IMG/VR virus record: IMGVR_UViG_3300031851_000010
Direction: 5' to 3' (one strand)
DNA from: an uncultured virus (IMG/VR IMGVR_UViG_3300031851_000010)
Taxonomy: Duplodnaviria; Heunggongvirae; Uroviricota; Caudoviricetes
DNA: 64,000 nt
The notes beneath the pieces are model-generated. The model was not told where the DNA came from, ran no database searches, and saw only the letters and a list, made by a program, of their open reading frames with translations. This document shows, one piece after another, positions 30,677 through 40,998 of this stretch; the first letter of the stretch is position 1; the number at the start of each line of letters is the position of its first letter. Both the position numbers and the translations under genes were made by a program.

Positions 30677-31472
30677 AGACAACAACAGTATGTATACATT
30701 AAATCAAGATGACATTCAAATGTACTTAAAAGACTTAAGACAAATCGATGTCATGACTCCCGAAAGAGAAAAAGAGTTATCGAATATAATGTGTTCGAAT
30801 GACTGTACACAAGAACAACGAGACTCAATTCACAAAGAATTGTTAGAAGGTAATCTCAGGTTTGTTATTACGGTCGCAAAACAATATCAGAATCAAGGGT
30901 TAGATATGTCAGATTTAATTGCTGAGGGTAACTATGGTTTAATGAAAGCAATCAAAAATTTTGATTGGACAAAAAAACTCAGGTTTATATCATACGCGGT
31001 TTGGTGGATTAAACAATCTATTTTACAATCTCTTAATGAAAACTCAAGGACGATTAGGCTACCTGTTAATGTTGTTCAAGATTTATATAAAGCCAAAAAA
31101 GTCGCTCAAAAGACAAATACTGAGTTAGATTCTAAATTTACAAGTCTACCAAAAACAACGTCAGTAGATAACTTTATTAATGACGAGGGAGACACTCTAA
31201 TTGATTTACTTGAGAATGTAGACTCAGTACAACCAGATGAAGGTTTTAACACTGCGGATGAGTTAAAACATAGGTTATTTGGTATTATGTCAGTACTTGA
31301 CGACCGAGAACGAAATATTGTTGAAGAGTATTATGGGTTAACGGGCACACCAAGAACGCTTGAAGATATTGGGGGTGATTTTAGCCTAACTAAAGAAAGG
31401 GTTAGACAAATTAAAGAAAAGGCTTTACGTAAATTACGTAACGAAAGCTCTACTTTATTTGATTACTTATAA
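30663..31472 (+). CDS. rpoD: RNA polymerase sigma-70 factor, Bacteroidota RpoD-like (no region 1.1)
   Basis: NLRFVITVAKQYQNQG, FISYAVWWIKQSILQ, TIRLPVN, TLEDIG..LTKERVRQIKEKALRKLR. Confidence 0.9.
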   Translation: MREIRDNNSMYTLNQDDIQMYLKDLRQIDVMTPEREKELSNIMCSNDCTQEQRDSIHKELLEGNLRFVITVAKQYQNQGLDMSDLIAEGNYGLMKAIKNFDWTKKLRFISYAVWWIKQSILQSLNENSRTIRLPVNVVQDLYKAKKVAQKTNTELDSKFTSLPKTTSVDNFINDEGDTLIDLLENVDSVQPDEGFNTADELKHRLFGIMSVLDDRERNIVEEYYGLTGTPRTLEDIGGDFSLTKERVRQIKEKALRKLRNESSTLFDYL

Positions 31473-31482
31473 GACTTTTAAC

Positions 31483-31490
31483 TATTTATA
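31483..31490 (+). promoter_or_regulatory. Putative late promoter motif TATTTATA
   Basis: Upstream of ATG 31509. Confidence 0.45.
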
Positions 31491-31508
31491 GATAACTAAA
31501 ATCACTTT

Positions 31509-32714
31509 ATGGGTATTTTAAAAGAAATTAAAAAACGTATTTTCCCTACTGTAGTAGCACTCTCGGCTTTGTCTGTGAGTGTTTCTGCTGCGTTTTATTC
31601 AGTATCAGGACTTAGTAAGTTATTTGCGGGAGCGACCTTTGAGGTTATAGTAATGGCGTCATCATTAGAAGTTTCTAAATTAGTTATTGCATCACTATTA
31701 TATCAATATTGGGGTAAGATTAATAAATTGTTAAGGTTCTACTTAACTTTGGCTACAATAATATTAGTACTTATTACTTCTGCAGGTATCTATGGATTCT
31801 TATCTGCGGCATATCAAGAGACGGCGACTAAGTCGGGTATTGTTGATAAGAGAGTTGAAGTTTTAGAACTTAGAAAAAATAGATTTATAGATAGTAGAGA
31901 TTACTTAATGACTGAAAAGGGGGTCTTAGATAAAAGTATTTCAAGTCTTAGAGATGGTCTATCTAACAATATTATCCAGTATAAAGATAAAGAAACGGGT
32001 CAAATAATTACCACAACTTCTTCAAGTACAAGAAAGGCATTACAAAATGAGTTAAATACTGCGGTGGCACAAAGAGATAAAATATCTATTAGGTTGGAGA
32101 CCGCTACCGATTCAATTAACGGTATCGATATTAAAATTTTAGATACTGAGAGTAGTGCTGAAATAGCAAGTGAATTAGGTCCTTTAAAATATTTAAGTGA
32201 ATTAACAGGTAAACCTATGAATATTATAATTAACGTACTTTTGTTAATTATTATCTTTGTATTTGACCCATTAGCAATTTCATTAGTAATTGCATCTAAT
32301 TTCATGTTTAATCAATTAAAACGTAAAAATGAAAATGAGGATACAGAAAAAGATAATTTAGTAGGTAATCCCATAGAAATATCAAAAGAGGCGGGTAAAA
32401 TTGAAAAAGAGTTACTTAATGATGAACCCAAACCTTTAGAGGTTTCTGACGAATTACTAAGTAGATTAGAAAAAGAATTAGGTAAAATAGACACCAAAGA
32501 GACTGAAAATGAAAAAAGTATGGTGATAACTGATGATTTATTGAAAAAAATTGATAAATTATCACAAGTGATTGATTTGGAAAGTGACGTAGAAGAACAA
32601 TCAGAGAATATAGAAAAAAAAGAGAATAATAAAGTCACTCCACAACCAAATAAACGTATTCTAACATATAGAAGGAGAGATGGCGGTGAAAATTCAAAAA
32701 CTGATAGGACTTAA
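31509..32714 (+). CDS. Multi-pass membrane protein with coiled coil
   Basis: N-terminal hydrophobic helices, coiled coil, further TM (IIFVFDPLAI), acidic tail. Confidence 0.7.
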   Translation: MGILKEIKKRIFPTVVALSALSVSVSAAFYSVSGLSKLFAGATFEVIVMASSLEVSKLVIASLLYQYWGKINKLLRFYLTLATIILVLITSAGIYGFLSAAYQETATKSGIVDKRVEVLELRKNRFIDSRDYLMTEKGVLDKSISSLRDGLSNNIIQYKDKETGQIITTTSSSTRKALQNELNTAVAQRDKISIRLETATDSINGIDIKILDTESSAEIASELGPLKYLSELTGKPMNIIINVLLLIIIFVFDPLAISLVIASNFMFNQLKRKNENEDTEKDNLVGNPIEISKEAGKIEKELLNDEPKPLEVSDELLSRLEKELGKIDTKETENEKSMVITDDLLKKIDKLSQVIDLESDVEEQSENIEKKENNKVTPQPNKRILTYRRRDGGENSKTDRT

Positions 32715-33279
32715 ACCTATTGGTAATTATAAAAAAAAGAAACAAATACTATTAACACATACGGGTCGTAACGCTAAAGATTATTTAAATAGTCTTAGAT
32801 ATCGAATGAGTGGTAAATATAATAAATTACCTCATTATGTGATTTCAAGAGAGGGTGAGGTACATGAAATTATACCACCTGAAACCTATAGTAATTATAT
32901 GGATGTAAAGTCCCATAATAAATCTACAATAGTTATATCATTAGAAAATTTAGGGTGGTTACGTAAAAACCCATTAGTTGGTGGTTACATTAACTGGATT
33001 GGTAATATTTATAAAGATAGGATATATGAGAGGAAGTGGAGAGGTTACTTTTTTTGGCAACCTTACACTGATAAACAAATTGAAACTTTATCTGTATTAG
33101 TTAATCAGTTATGTGCTGACTTCAATATACCTACGACCTTTATTGGTCATAATGTTAAAGTGGATAAGATTGAGAAATTTCATGGTATAGCGTCTTACAG
33201 TAATTACTATAGAGAACGAACCGATTTAAATCCATCTTTTAACTTTGAAGAGTTTATAAAAAAAATAGAAAATGAGTAA
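32680..33279 (+). CDS. N-acetylmuramoyl-L-alanine amidase (Amidase_2)-like protein, Zn ligands apparently degenerate
   Basis: HYVISREGEV, ISLEN, YTDKQIETL..LV..LC..FNIP, DLNPSF. Confidence 0.65.
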   Translation: MAVKIQKLIGLKPIGNYKKKKQILLTHTGRNAKDYLNSLRYRMSGKYNKLPHYVISREGEVHEIIPPETYSNYMDVKSHNKSTIVISLENLGWLRKNPLVGGYINWIGNIYKDRIYERKWRGYFFWQPYTDKQIETLSVLVNQLCADFNIPTTFIGHNVKVDKIEKFHGIASYSNYYRERTDLNPSFNFEEFIKKIENE

Positions 33280-33862
33280 TCAATACGATGAATTAAAGAA
33301 TTTACTGAATGTATCTAGAAATATGTTAGGTAAAAATGACCTTACAGAGTCAAGAAAAGTTTTAACAAAAAACGGCCTTATTAGTGAACAAGAAATAGAA
33401 GATGATGGTGCAACAAATATCGAGGTAGATTCTGAACAAGAAATTGAGGTACAAACTACCCCTGATGAAGATAAAAGTAAATCATATAGAGTGTCTGGTG
33501 GATTAATTACTTTACACGGTAATACCAAACAAGAACTAGAACTCTCAACAGATGAGAAAATATCTTTTCAAGAAACTATGGACGAATTTGTAAATGAAGT
33601 ATCTGATTTATCTGATTTCGGCACATTAAATTTATATCCAAATAATGTGGATTGGTCAGGTAAAGTAATAGACTACGATGTTGAATTTTACTTTTCAATA
33701 GGCGAAGACAACGGAGTATATATCAATGGAGATATGATTAAATTAGATGATGGTTTAGTGGAGTTAATTAATAAACTTACCTCTTTCTATGACAAATTTA
33801 AAGCTAAGTGGGCTAAAGTACTTTCACAAAGAAAGAAAACAAAAAATATAGATGCGGTATGA
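33272..33862 (+). CDS. Hypothetical acidic protein
   Basis: 196 aa ORF. Confidence 0.65.
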   Translation: MSNQYDELKNLLNVSRNMLGKNDLTESRKVLTKNGLISEQEIEDDGATNIEVDSEQEIEVQTTPDEDKSKSYRVSGGLITLHGNTKQELELSTDEKISFQETMDEFVNEVSDLSDFGTLNLYPNNVDWSGKVIDYDVEFYFSIGEDNGVYINGDMIKLDDGLVELINKLTSFYDKFKAKWAKVLSQRKKTKNIDAV

Positions 33863-34755
33863 TTGCATTAACTGGTATCATAAACGTTTTTAATAGTATT
33901 TTTGATTTTATCAAGAAGAACCCTAAGTTTTTTTTAGGGGTTATTTTTGCATTATTAATTGTTTTATTGTTTAAACAATGTGATAACATTAAAGGATTAA
34001 AAAATGAAATAGAAATTAAAGAAGTTGAATATGAAAATGAAAAAAACCGTTTCTTTAATAATATCGAAAATTTAAAAGATTCAGTAGAGTTTGTTGAAGA
34101 GGATAACGTTTATGTTAAATCACTTTTAAGGGTTAGAGAAGGTGAATTACAGTTATTAGATAGAAAATTAAATGACGCTAAAATAAACATTCAAGAGTTA
34201 GCCGATAAACTCGATGAAAACGTAGAGGTTAAAAATATATACGTTACTGATGTGAGTTCAGAGATAGTCACTAATGACGTTATGACAAACATTGAACGTG
34301 ATAGTGTTGGTAATATCGGTTTAGGTATAAAAGATTCCAACCAAATATATACACTTGAGACCCAGAGTTGGTTTAAGTTAAGACCATTTAAAGACTCATT
34401 GAAGTTAGAGTTAGTGGATAGATTTGGAATCGGAAAATCATCTCAACTAAAACACAATTTAAATTTTTCACTTACACTATCTCAACTGGAGATGGAAAAT
34501 GGGTTAACAAGAGTTGTTGTACAACCAACAGATAATAATGGGAACCCAATACCTCCAAGTATTTTACAGATACCATTCGTTAATGGTGTAGAATTTATGG
34601 ATATAAAACCTAATATAATACAGTCACCTCCAAAACGTAAAAGTAGAAGGGGTTTTGGTATGTTAATTGGTCCATCATACGGTTTATACAGTATAGATGG
34701 TTCGTTTCAACCTACATGGGGCATAGGAATAAGTGTAGGTTATAAGATTTTTTAA
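33859..34755 (+). CDS. Membrane-anchored coiled-coil protein with C-terminal beta-strands (spanin-like candidate)
   Basis: N-terminal TM, coiled coil, C-terminus WGIGISVGYKIF. Confidence 0.55.
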   Translation: MIALTGIINVFNSIFDFIKKNPKFFLGVIFALLIVLLFKQCDNIKGLKNEIEIKEVEYENEKNRFFNNIENLKDSVEFVEEDNVYVKSLLRVREGELQLLDRKLNDAKINIQELADKLDENVEVKNIYVTDVSSEIVTNDVMTNIERDSVGNIGLGIKDSNQIYTLETQSWFKLRPFKDSLKLELVDRFGIGKSSQLKHNLNFSLTLSQLEMENGLTRVVVQPTDNNGNPIPPSILQIPFVNGVEFMDIKPNIIQSPPKRKSRRGFGMLIGPSYGLYSIDGSFQPTWGIGISVGYKIF

Positions 34756-34766
34756 TATTTATTAAT

Positions 34767-35015
34767 ATGGCACTAACACAGGCAGACAAAAACGACATCG
34801 AGATAATGATAAGGAAAGAAATAAAAGACTTCCTTGGGTCAACGACTATTAATCAGTTTGAGAAAAAAATTATCGAGAAAATACAAGATGAGATACGTAG
34901 AGGTAAAATAACCAAAGATGTTAGTGAAATAGTTGCTAAGGTTATGAAAGAATTTTATAAAATAATGTGGACTCAAAGAAGTTTTTGGGAACCAAGACTA
35001 AAAAATGTTAAATAA
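34767..35015 (+). CDS. Hypothetical protein
   Basis: 82 aa; preceded by TATTTATTAATATG. Confidence 0.65.
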   Translation: MALTQADKNDIEIMIRKEIKDFLGSTTINQFEKKIIEKIQDEIRRGKITKDVSEIVAKVMKEFYKIMWTQRSFWEPRLKNVK

Positions 35016-35920
35016 TGGAAAATGTTTCACAACAACTTAAAAAGGAGATAGGTAAATCAATGACTGCGTCTATGGGTAAAAATTACACCGTTCATGGTGA
35101 TAGTGATTCAGTTACTGATTTTATGAATGCGTCTAGTAAACTTAAAAAAGAGGTGCAAGAAGATGGTAATGAAGGATGGTCACCTCAAATAGGTAAGACT
35201 GAAGGATTAACTAGTGATACTTTAACTAAAATATTAACTAAAATAGCTAAAGACTTAGATGATGAGATGGAGACATCTAAAGAAGAACCGAATGAAGCAA
35301 CTAGTGCAGGTTCAGCCGGTGGTTATGTCGGACCTTTATTTAGTGAGCCTCAAAAAAGAAAAATTAAGGAAGAAAAATTAGAAGGTGGTTTATCTGATGG
35401 TATGAGTATTGAAGATATGGCATCTCATCACAAAGTTGATGTCGATAGTATTATAGACGCTTTAGAGAAGGGTGTTAATGTTGAATTAGAACATACTACT
35501 GAAATGATGGTAGCTTTTGAAATCGCGATGGACCACATTTACGAGGATTTAAACTACTATAATAACTTAGAGAAGATTGAATCCAAAGAGGCTACAACCT
35601 CATCTTCTGTTGGAGCCTATGATGCACCATTTGGAGGACCAAAAAAGGACCCATTACAAATAGATACGCCTAAGAATGTTTATTCAAAACTTAGGTCAGT
35701 TAAAGATAAGAACTTTCCAAAGTTAGGTGGACCTGGAGGTAAATACGTAAAAATAAAAGATAAGTGTAAGAAGTTCCCTTACTGTAATCAGGGTGACATC
35801 AATGCTTTAGAGTTCTTTGAAAACAATATAGTTAAAGAAGCCATAAAACAAGTATCAAAAAAATATAACTTGGATAGTTCCTTTATTAAAGGAGTTATAA
35901 TGGAAAAGTTAAATAAATAA
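35015..35920 (+). CDS. Putative head-associated protein with DUF5661-like segment
   Basis: KGVNVELEHT...EIAMDHIYEDLNYY; repeated EAT.S.S.G.Y..P.F motif. Confidence 0.6.
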   Translation: MENVSQQLKKEIGKSMTASMGKNYTVHGDSDSVTDFMNASSKLKKEVQEDGNEGWSPQIGKTEGLTSDTLTKILTKIAKDLDDEMETSKEEPNEATSAGSAGGYVGPLFSEPQKRKIKEEKLEGGLSDGMSIEDMASHHKVDVDSIIDALEKGVNVELEHTTEMMVAFEIAMDHIYEDLNYYNNLEKIESKEATTSSSVGAYDAPFGGPKKDPLQIDTPKNVYSKLRSVKDKNFPKLGGPGGKYVKIKDKCKKFPYCNQGDINALEFFENNIVKEAIKQVSKKYNLDSSFIKGVIMEKLNK

Positions 35921-35935
35921 TTGATACTTACCATA

Positions 35936-35943
35936 TATTTATA
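35936..35943 (+). promoter_or_regulatory. Putative late promoter motif TATTTATA
   Basis: Upstream of ATG 35958. Confidence 0.45.
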
Positions 35944-35957
35944 ATAAAAATACTGAT

Positions 35958-37034
35958 ATGAAAGATATTGAAAATATGATTGAAAACCTCGTAGAGAGAG
36001 TTCTAAGTGAGGAAGTCAACAAAAAAGTAAAAGATATAACTGAGTCTGTTTCAACTGAAATTGATGAGATGGAAGAGTACTATGAAGTAGCCAAAAACCG
36101 TAAAGAGGAAAGAAAGGCGACTAAAAAAGATGAACCAAAAGAAGGTATGGGTAAGATGCCTGAGTTAAGAGATAAGTTTGATGGACGTGACTCTAAAGTT
36201 GTTGGTGTCTATTCTGATATAGATAAACAACGTAAAGAGATGGGTGAGGACGAAGTAGAAGAAGGTAACGAATTTAGTGGAGCGAGAGCTAAAGCAATCG
36301 AAGACGGTAAAGACGAATTCGAAGTTGATGGTAAGACTTATCCTGTAGAGGGTGAAAAAAACGAGTCTAAAAAACAAAGTTTAAAATTGACCGAAGATGA
36401 GATGATTGAGTTAATCCAACGAATAGTTAAGGAACAAAAAATTTCAGGGATTACAGGTCAAAAAAAGGCTATGAAGACATCTAAGAAAGATAATGAAGAT
36501 TACATTAAATCAGTTACTAAAAAAATGAAAGACTATCTTAAAAATGCTGATGAAGGAGAATATGTGGCTAACCCTGAAAAATTTCCAACAGGTAACGGAG
36601 ATAGAAAAGATGATAAGATGATGTATACTGCATCTGATGGTGTTGAGGAGTACATCGACCAAATTGCACGTTCAGGTGGTATGGAAAATTTAGATTATGA
36701 CCAAATTAAACCTGATGAAGAGTGGTTAGATATGAATATTCTTGGTTCCTCAGAAACTGGTAATAATCCCGAATGGGCAAATGCTGTTAAGACAGATACA
36801 GGAGAAAAGGTAAAAGATAGAATGGATAAAAACATTTTAGCTAAACTTAAGAAACAATCATATAACAAAGCACCTCAACCCGTGACTGATTATTCAGGTA
36901 AGAAAAAAACAACTGATAGTATGGCGGGTATCGAGGTTTCAGAGTCTGTTAAAACAGATAAGAAAAAAGAGAGAGTAAATGAAGATATTCATAAGATGAA
37001 AAAACTATTTTCACACAATTACAAAACTCAATAA
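35958..37034 (+). CDS. Highly charged putative head/scaffold-type protein
   Basis: Glu/Lys-rich; LKLTEDEMIELIQRIVKEQ motif. Confidence 0.6.
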   Translation: MKDIENMIENLVERVLSEEVNKKVKDITESVSTEIDEMEEYYEVAKNRKEERKATKKDEPKEGMGKMPELRDKFDGRDSKVVGVYSDIDKQRKEMGEDEVEEGNEFSGARAKAIEDGKDEFEVDGKTYPVEGEKNESKKQSLKLTEDEMIELIQRIVKEQKISGITGQKKAMKTSKKDNEDYIKSVTKKMKDYLKNADEGEYVANPEKFPTGNGDRKDDKMMYTASDGVEEYIDQIARSGGMENLDYDQIKPDEEWLDMNILGSSETGNNPEWANAVKTDTGEKVKDRMDKNILAKLKKQSYNKAPQPVTDYSGKKKTTDSMAGIEVSESVKTDKKKERVNEDIHKMKKLFSHNYKTQ

Positions 37035-37078
37035 CAAACAAAACTTTATATTTTTTTGGTCCGTTCTATATTTTTACT

Positions 37079-37564
37079 ATGAAAAGATATAGAATGGACC
37101 AATTTTTTAAATGGCTATCTACACCTATGGATAAGGAAGATATCGACACATGGAATCGTGCTAATAATATTATACCTGAATACTGTGACTTATTTGAGGA
37201 CTTTAGTTTTTCACTTTATTACTTAATTAGTGAAACTTACTTAGGGTTTAGTCATGGTGATAGTAATGCGACAAAAATTGGTATAATGAATGATGATAAG
37301 TTAGAACACTTTAGATGGTGTTTTGATAAAGTTATATTAGATTTCAAAAAGGAAAATATAACATTTAACTTCAGTAGTAATGATTACGACTTTTTTGAAT
37401 CATTTTATATGGAAGTGTATTATGAACAGTTAGATGGGGTCGTTAGAGACTCAATAGAGAGCTTCTTACGAGAGTTATTTAATAGGAGAAGAACGATTAC
37501 CAAACCTGACCTTGAGATGTTTACTGACCTTTATAAGTCGTTGGAACGTTCAGTACAATTATAA
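37079..37564 (+). CDS. Hypothetical protein
   Basis: 161 aa ORF. Confidence 0.65.
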   Translation: MKRYRMDQFFKWLSTPMDKEDIDTWNRANNIIPEYCDLFEDFSFSLYYLISETYLGFSHGDSNATKIGIMNDDKLEHFRWCFDKVILDFKKENITFNFSSNDYDFFESFYMEVYYEQLDGVVRDSIESFLRELFNRRRTITKPDLEMFTDLYKSLERSVQL

Positions 37565-37642
37565 TTTTTCCCATTTCTATTTACAATGAGCAATATAAAA
37601 TTAAGTTTTTTAAAAACATAAACTATAATAAGATTATTAAAA

Positions 37643-37816
37643 ATGACAAAAACATTAGAAACAATTAAAGAGTTGACGGAAACACTTTCAGTAGATACTA
37701 ACAAGTTTTACGAAGGTAATAAATCCGCAGGTGTAAGAGCAAGAAAAGGAGCTCAACAACTAAAAGCTTTACTACAGGATTTGAGAAAAGAAATTTTGGA
37801 AGAAAAAAATAAGTAA
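37643..37816 (+). CDS. Hc1-like (histone H1-like) small protein, not in ORF track
   Basis: 57 aa MTKTLETIKELTETLSVDTNKFYEGNKSAGVRARKGAQQLKALLQDLRKEILEEKNK; GNK.AG.RARK motif. Confidence 0.75.
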   Translation: MTKTLETIKELTETLSVDTNKFYEGNKSAGVRARKGAQQLKALLQDLRKEILEEKNK

Positions 37817-37820
37817 TAAA

Positions 37821-38018
37821 GTGATAGAAACAATAATGACATACATAGCGATTTTTATTGCAGTATTTACATCATTATCAATCATACGATTGTCAGTAAA
37901 TTTCATAAAGGCCCTATTATCAACTCCACCTAAAAAGTTCGAGATTGGTGTAGGGTCCTTAATTTACTACGGTCTATGTTTATCCTATTTAATAACATTA
38001 ATAATTACCGCAATATGA
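37821..38018 (+). CDS. Small two-TM membrane protein
   Basis: 65 aa, hydrophobic. Confidence 0.55.
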   Translation: MIETIMTYIAIFIAVFTSLSIIRLSVNFIKALLSTPPKKFEIGVGSLIYYGLCLSYLITLIITAI

Positions 38019-38497
38019 ATACGTACTATAATTTTTTAAATAAAATACAAAAAAATCTAAAGATGGTTAGAATACTGGATACTCATGTTAGTTACGATTT
38101 ATTATTTTCAAATAAATGGGTATTACCACGTAATATGGGTAAGGGTATTGAAGTTGTTAAAAATGGTATAGATGGAGACAAGATATCCCTTTCATTTGTT
38201 TGTCCAATAAATGAGACTTCAGTTAATCAACTTGAAGATTTGATTGATAACATAATTAAATCTAACTTAGAGAGAGAAGCTAAAGACAAATTATTTAGAA
38301 ACAAAGTTCAGGAGTTAAAGGGTATTTTTGAAAAAGAAAATTTAGAGGACTTACAGAACCTTAAATTTGATGTGGATGAGATAACAAGTATTATAAATTC
38401 AAAAGAAATTATAGATGGAGAAGATAACAAATCAGGAGATAGAGAAAGAGTTGACTCTACTGAAGTTAGAGAAAAAGAAGTCGATAAGGCAAATTGA
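38015..38497 (+). CDS. Hypothetical protein
   Basis: ATG 38015 in ATGA overlap. Confidence 0.6.
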   Translation: MNTYYNFLNKIQKNLKMVRILDTHVSYDLLFSNKWVLPRNMGKGIEVVKNGIDGDKISLSFVCPINETSVNQLEDLIDNIIKSNLEREAKDKLFRNKVQELKGIFEKENLEDLQNLKFDVDEITSIINSKEIIDGEDNKSGDRERVDSTEVREKEVDKAN

Positions 38498-38624
38498 ATC
38501 ATCTAAAAATACACTTATTAAAGACATTCAAGGGTTCGATAAAGAAATGGTGTCAAACACTATCTTCATTGAAAAGAAATATACGTTATGGGAGAGGATA
38601 AAAGTAATTTTAGGGATGAGTTAA
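38415..38624 (+). CDS. Hypothetical protein
   Basis: 69 aa ORF. Confidence 0.5.
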   Translation: MEKITNQEIEKELTLLKLEKKKSIRQIESSKNTLIKDIQGFDKEMVSNTIFIEKKYTLWERIKVILGMS

Positions 38625-38815
38625 GTCTTTTAGCTAAGATATCTAATGATATTGAATCTTCTATACTTTCTAAAGGTGATGTAAAAATTATTATTGAGTT
38701 GGAGTCATTTGAATATAATGAAATAATAAAAAACTTTGCCGCGGTTTATCATAGTAATGATAAATTTAATATTGAAATTTCAGGTATTAACTTTACGTTC
38801 GTTTTGAAAAAGTAG
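38588..38815 (+). CDS. Hypothetical protein
   Basis: 75 aa ORF. Confidence 0.5.
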   Translation: MGEDKSNFRDELSLLAKISNDIESSILSKGDVKIIIELESFEYNEIIKNFAAVYHSNDKFNIEISGINFTFVLKK

Positions 38816-39437
38816 TGGTCTGACGATACAGTTTTTTCTTATCAAAACCATTTTTTACTAAAAGATTGTACATCCACTTTCTCTGAGTGGTTGATGTATC
38901 TCTTACAAATATGGCATCATTTCTCCCATTATTTCTAAAATGATTCTCTAAGGTACTAAGTAAACGATGTGAATCGTCTATATTTTTTAAACTAAATACA
39001 AAAAACTTATCATTAATTTGTATAATTAATTTATTATGAAGAGTAGAGATACTCTTCATTTCTTTTTTTATACAGTATTTTTTAAGTACATCATTAAATG
39101 TAATACGATTATTAGTTGACCAATCGTAAATTTTTTCTTCAATAGAATAAGGAACCATACGTTTTATCATATAATCGGTATCTGAATCCATAAATAATTC
39201 AGTGTTCCTACCAAATTCATCTTCTTTAAATAACGGTACTTGATATGAATCTTGATTGGTTAATAATCCTAATTCATATGTGACGTACTCGGCATTTTCA
39301 TAAGTTACTCCAAAGTCGATATTGTTTTCTTTAATTAATGATTTAAATTTAGTAATTGCGCGTTTCTCTGACTGATAACCTTTGATTATCTTTTTCTTTT
39401 TCTTATTCTTAAACAATACAATTATATAATTTTGCAT
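38793..39437 (-). CDS. Hypothetical protein
   Basis: 214 aa ORF divergent from dnaJ. Confidence 0.65.
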   Translation of the reverse strand: MQNYIIVLFKNKKKKKIIKGYQSEKRAITKFKSLIKENNIDFGVTYENAEYVTYELGLLTNQDSYQVPLFKEDEFGRNTELFMDSDTDYMIKRMVPYSIEEKIYDWSTNNRITFNDVLKKYCIKKEMKSISTLHNKLIIQINDKFFVFSLKNIDDSHRLLSTLENHFRNNGRNDAIFVRDTSTTQRKWMYNLLVKNGFDKKKLYRQTTTFSKRT

Positions 39438-40386
39438 GAAGGACTATTATCGAATTTTAAATATTAATAAAAACGCATCTCAAGACGAGATTAAAAAAGC
39501 GTATAGAAAATTAAGTAAACAATATCATCCAGATGTAAACCCTCAGGGAGAAGAAAAATTTAAAGACATAGCTGAGGCTTACGATACGTTAAGTGACGAA
39601 AAAAAACGAAGTCAGTACGATAACCCTAATCCTTTCGGTGGTCAATTCGGTGGTAATCCTTTTGATATGTTTAACCAACAAAGAAGACCAACTAAACCTA
39701 AAATTAAAGATAAAGTAATAAGAGTAACTTTAACACCTGAAGAATCATTTGTCGGTATTGAAAAGGAGATAACTTATAAATCTAAGATTTCATGTGAATT
39801 ATGTGTCGGTACTGGAGGTAAAAAAAATACATGCACAACTTGTGCGGGTAGAGGATTTATAAGACAAAAAATGGGTACAGGTTTTTTCACACAGACAGTG
39901 GATACTCCGTGTCATACTTGTAGAGGAAGTGGACAAATGGTTGTTGACCCTTGTTTAAATTGTAATGGTTCGGGGTCTATCGATAAATTTAAAAATTTAA
40001 AGGTATCAATACCTAAAGGAGTTGATAGTGGTGATTTCTTAAGGGCGGCAGGTAAAGGAGATTATCTAAATAACATTCAAGGTGACTTATTAGTTCAAAT
40101 TAATATGATTAAAAGTAAGTACGAGAAGGTGGGTAAAGATTTAGTTTTTAATTTAAATATAACCCCTATAGATATGTTAATAAATAAAACGTTTAGAGTG
40201 TCTCATCCTGATGGGGATTTAGATATAAATTTACCTAAAAATTTAAGTACAGAAAAACCACTAAGAGTAAAATCTAAAGGATTTGTTACTCAAAGTGGAA
40301 TTGGGGATTTCTATATAAAAGTGGGTGTGACTAACAAGTCTATTAGTGATGAGGATAAGGTAAAATTAAAGGACTTACTAAAATGA
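39436..40386 (+). CDS. dnaJ: DnaJ co-chaperone
   Basis: J domain with HPD, four CxxCxGxG repeats, C-terminal domain. Confidence 0.92.
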   Translation: MKDYYRILNINKNASQDEIKKAYRKLSKQYHPDVNPQGEEKFKDIAEAYDTLSDEKKRSQYDNPNPFGGQFGGNPFDMFNQQRRPTKPKIKDKVIRVTLTPEESFVGIEKEITYKSKISCELCVGTGGKKNTCTTCAGRGFIRQKMGTGFFTQTVDTPCHTCRGSGQMVVDPCLNCNGSGSIDKFKNLKVSIPKGVDSGDFLRAAGKGDYLNNIQGDLLVQINMIKSKYEKVGKDLVFNLNITPIDMLINKTFRVSHPDGDLDINLPKNLSTEKPLRVKSKGFVTQSGIGDFYIKVGVTNKSISDEDKVKLKDLLK

Positions 40387-40554
40387 ATTAATTAAAAGTT
40401 GTATTAACTTAACAGTTCCATATATACTCGTCGCTAACATATAAAAAGAAAATAATACTACAAACTTTTGACCAACATTTAACCCTCTGGCACATGTTTT
40501 ACAGTCTTCTTTTTCATTTAATTCTATTGACTTAACATTGTATTCTTTTGACAT
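40378..40554 (-). CDS. Small CxxC + TM protein (58 aa, not in ORF track)
   Basis: [58 protein letters not shown]. Confidence 0.5.
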   Translation of the reverse strand: MSKEYNVKSIELNEKEDCKTCARGLNVGQKFVVLFSFYMLATSIYGTVKLIQLLINSF

Positions 40555-40636
40555 AATAATAATTTTATATAGGTAGTTTAAGATAAAAATGTGTGATTGT
40601 AAATTGCAAAATAGATAAGAATACGTAATAATGTTA

Positions 40637-40644
40637 TATTTATA
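40637..40644 (+). promoter_or_regulatory. Putative late promoter motif TATTTATA
   Basis: Upstream of ATG 40658. Confidence 0.45.
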
Positions 40645-40657
40645 ATAAAAAAATATT

Positions 40658-40912
40658 ATGAAAAAGATTTTAGATTTTATTAAAAAAGTTTACAACATTA
40701 TTAAAACATGGATAATGTTAAACGGTATTGAAGGTGTTGTTGGATTACTCGCAGGATTAGTACTGTGGGCGTTTGGTTTTAAAATTTACGCAGGTTTCGC
40801 TTTTGGTGTGTTTGCTACAGTAAATTGGAATTTATTTAAAACTAAAGTAATCAAACTTAAAAACCGATTAGAACGGATAGAAACTAAACTAGTTAAGTTC
40901 TTTAAAAAATAA
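40658..40912 (+). CDS. Small membrane protein (holin-like size and topology)
   Basis: Two hydrophobic segments, basic C-terminus; own promoter motif and terminator. Confidence 0.55.
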   Translation: MKKILDFIKKVYNIIKTWIMLNGIEGVVGLLAGLVLWAFGFKIYAGFAFGVFATVNWNLFKTKVIKLKNRLERIETKLVKFFKK

Positions 40913-40916
40913 ATTT

Positions 40917-40945
40917 AAAACCTCACTTATGTGGGGTTTTTTTTT
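40917..40945 (+). terminator. Intrinsic terminator
   Basis: aaaacctcac-ttat-gtggggtttt plus T-run. Confidence 0.8.
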
Positions 40946-40953
40946 GATTTACA

Positions 40954-40984
40954 TTTGCCTTTTACTTATTTTTTCCTATATTTG
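40954..40984 (+). promoter_or_regulatory. Bacteroidota promoter TTTG-N19-TATATTTG
   Basis: TTTG 40954-40957, TATATTTG 40977-40984, upstream of ATG 40999. Confidence 0.7.
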
Positions 40985-40998
40985 TAAAAAAGAAAATT

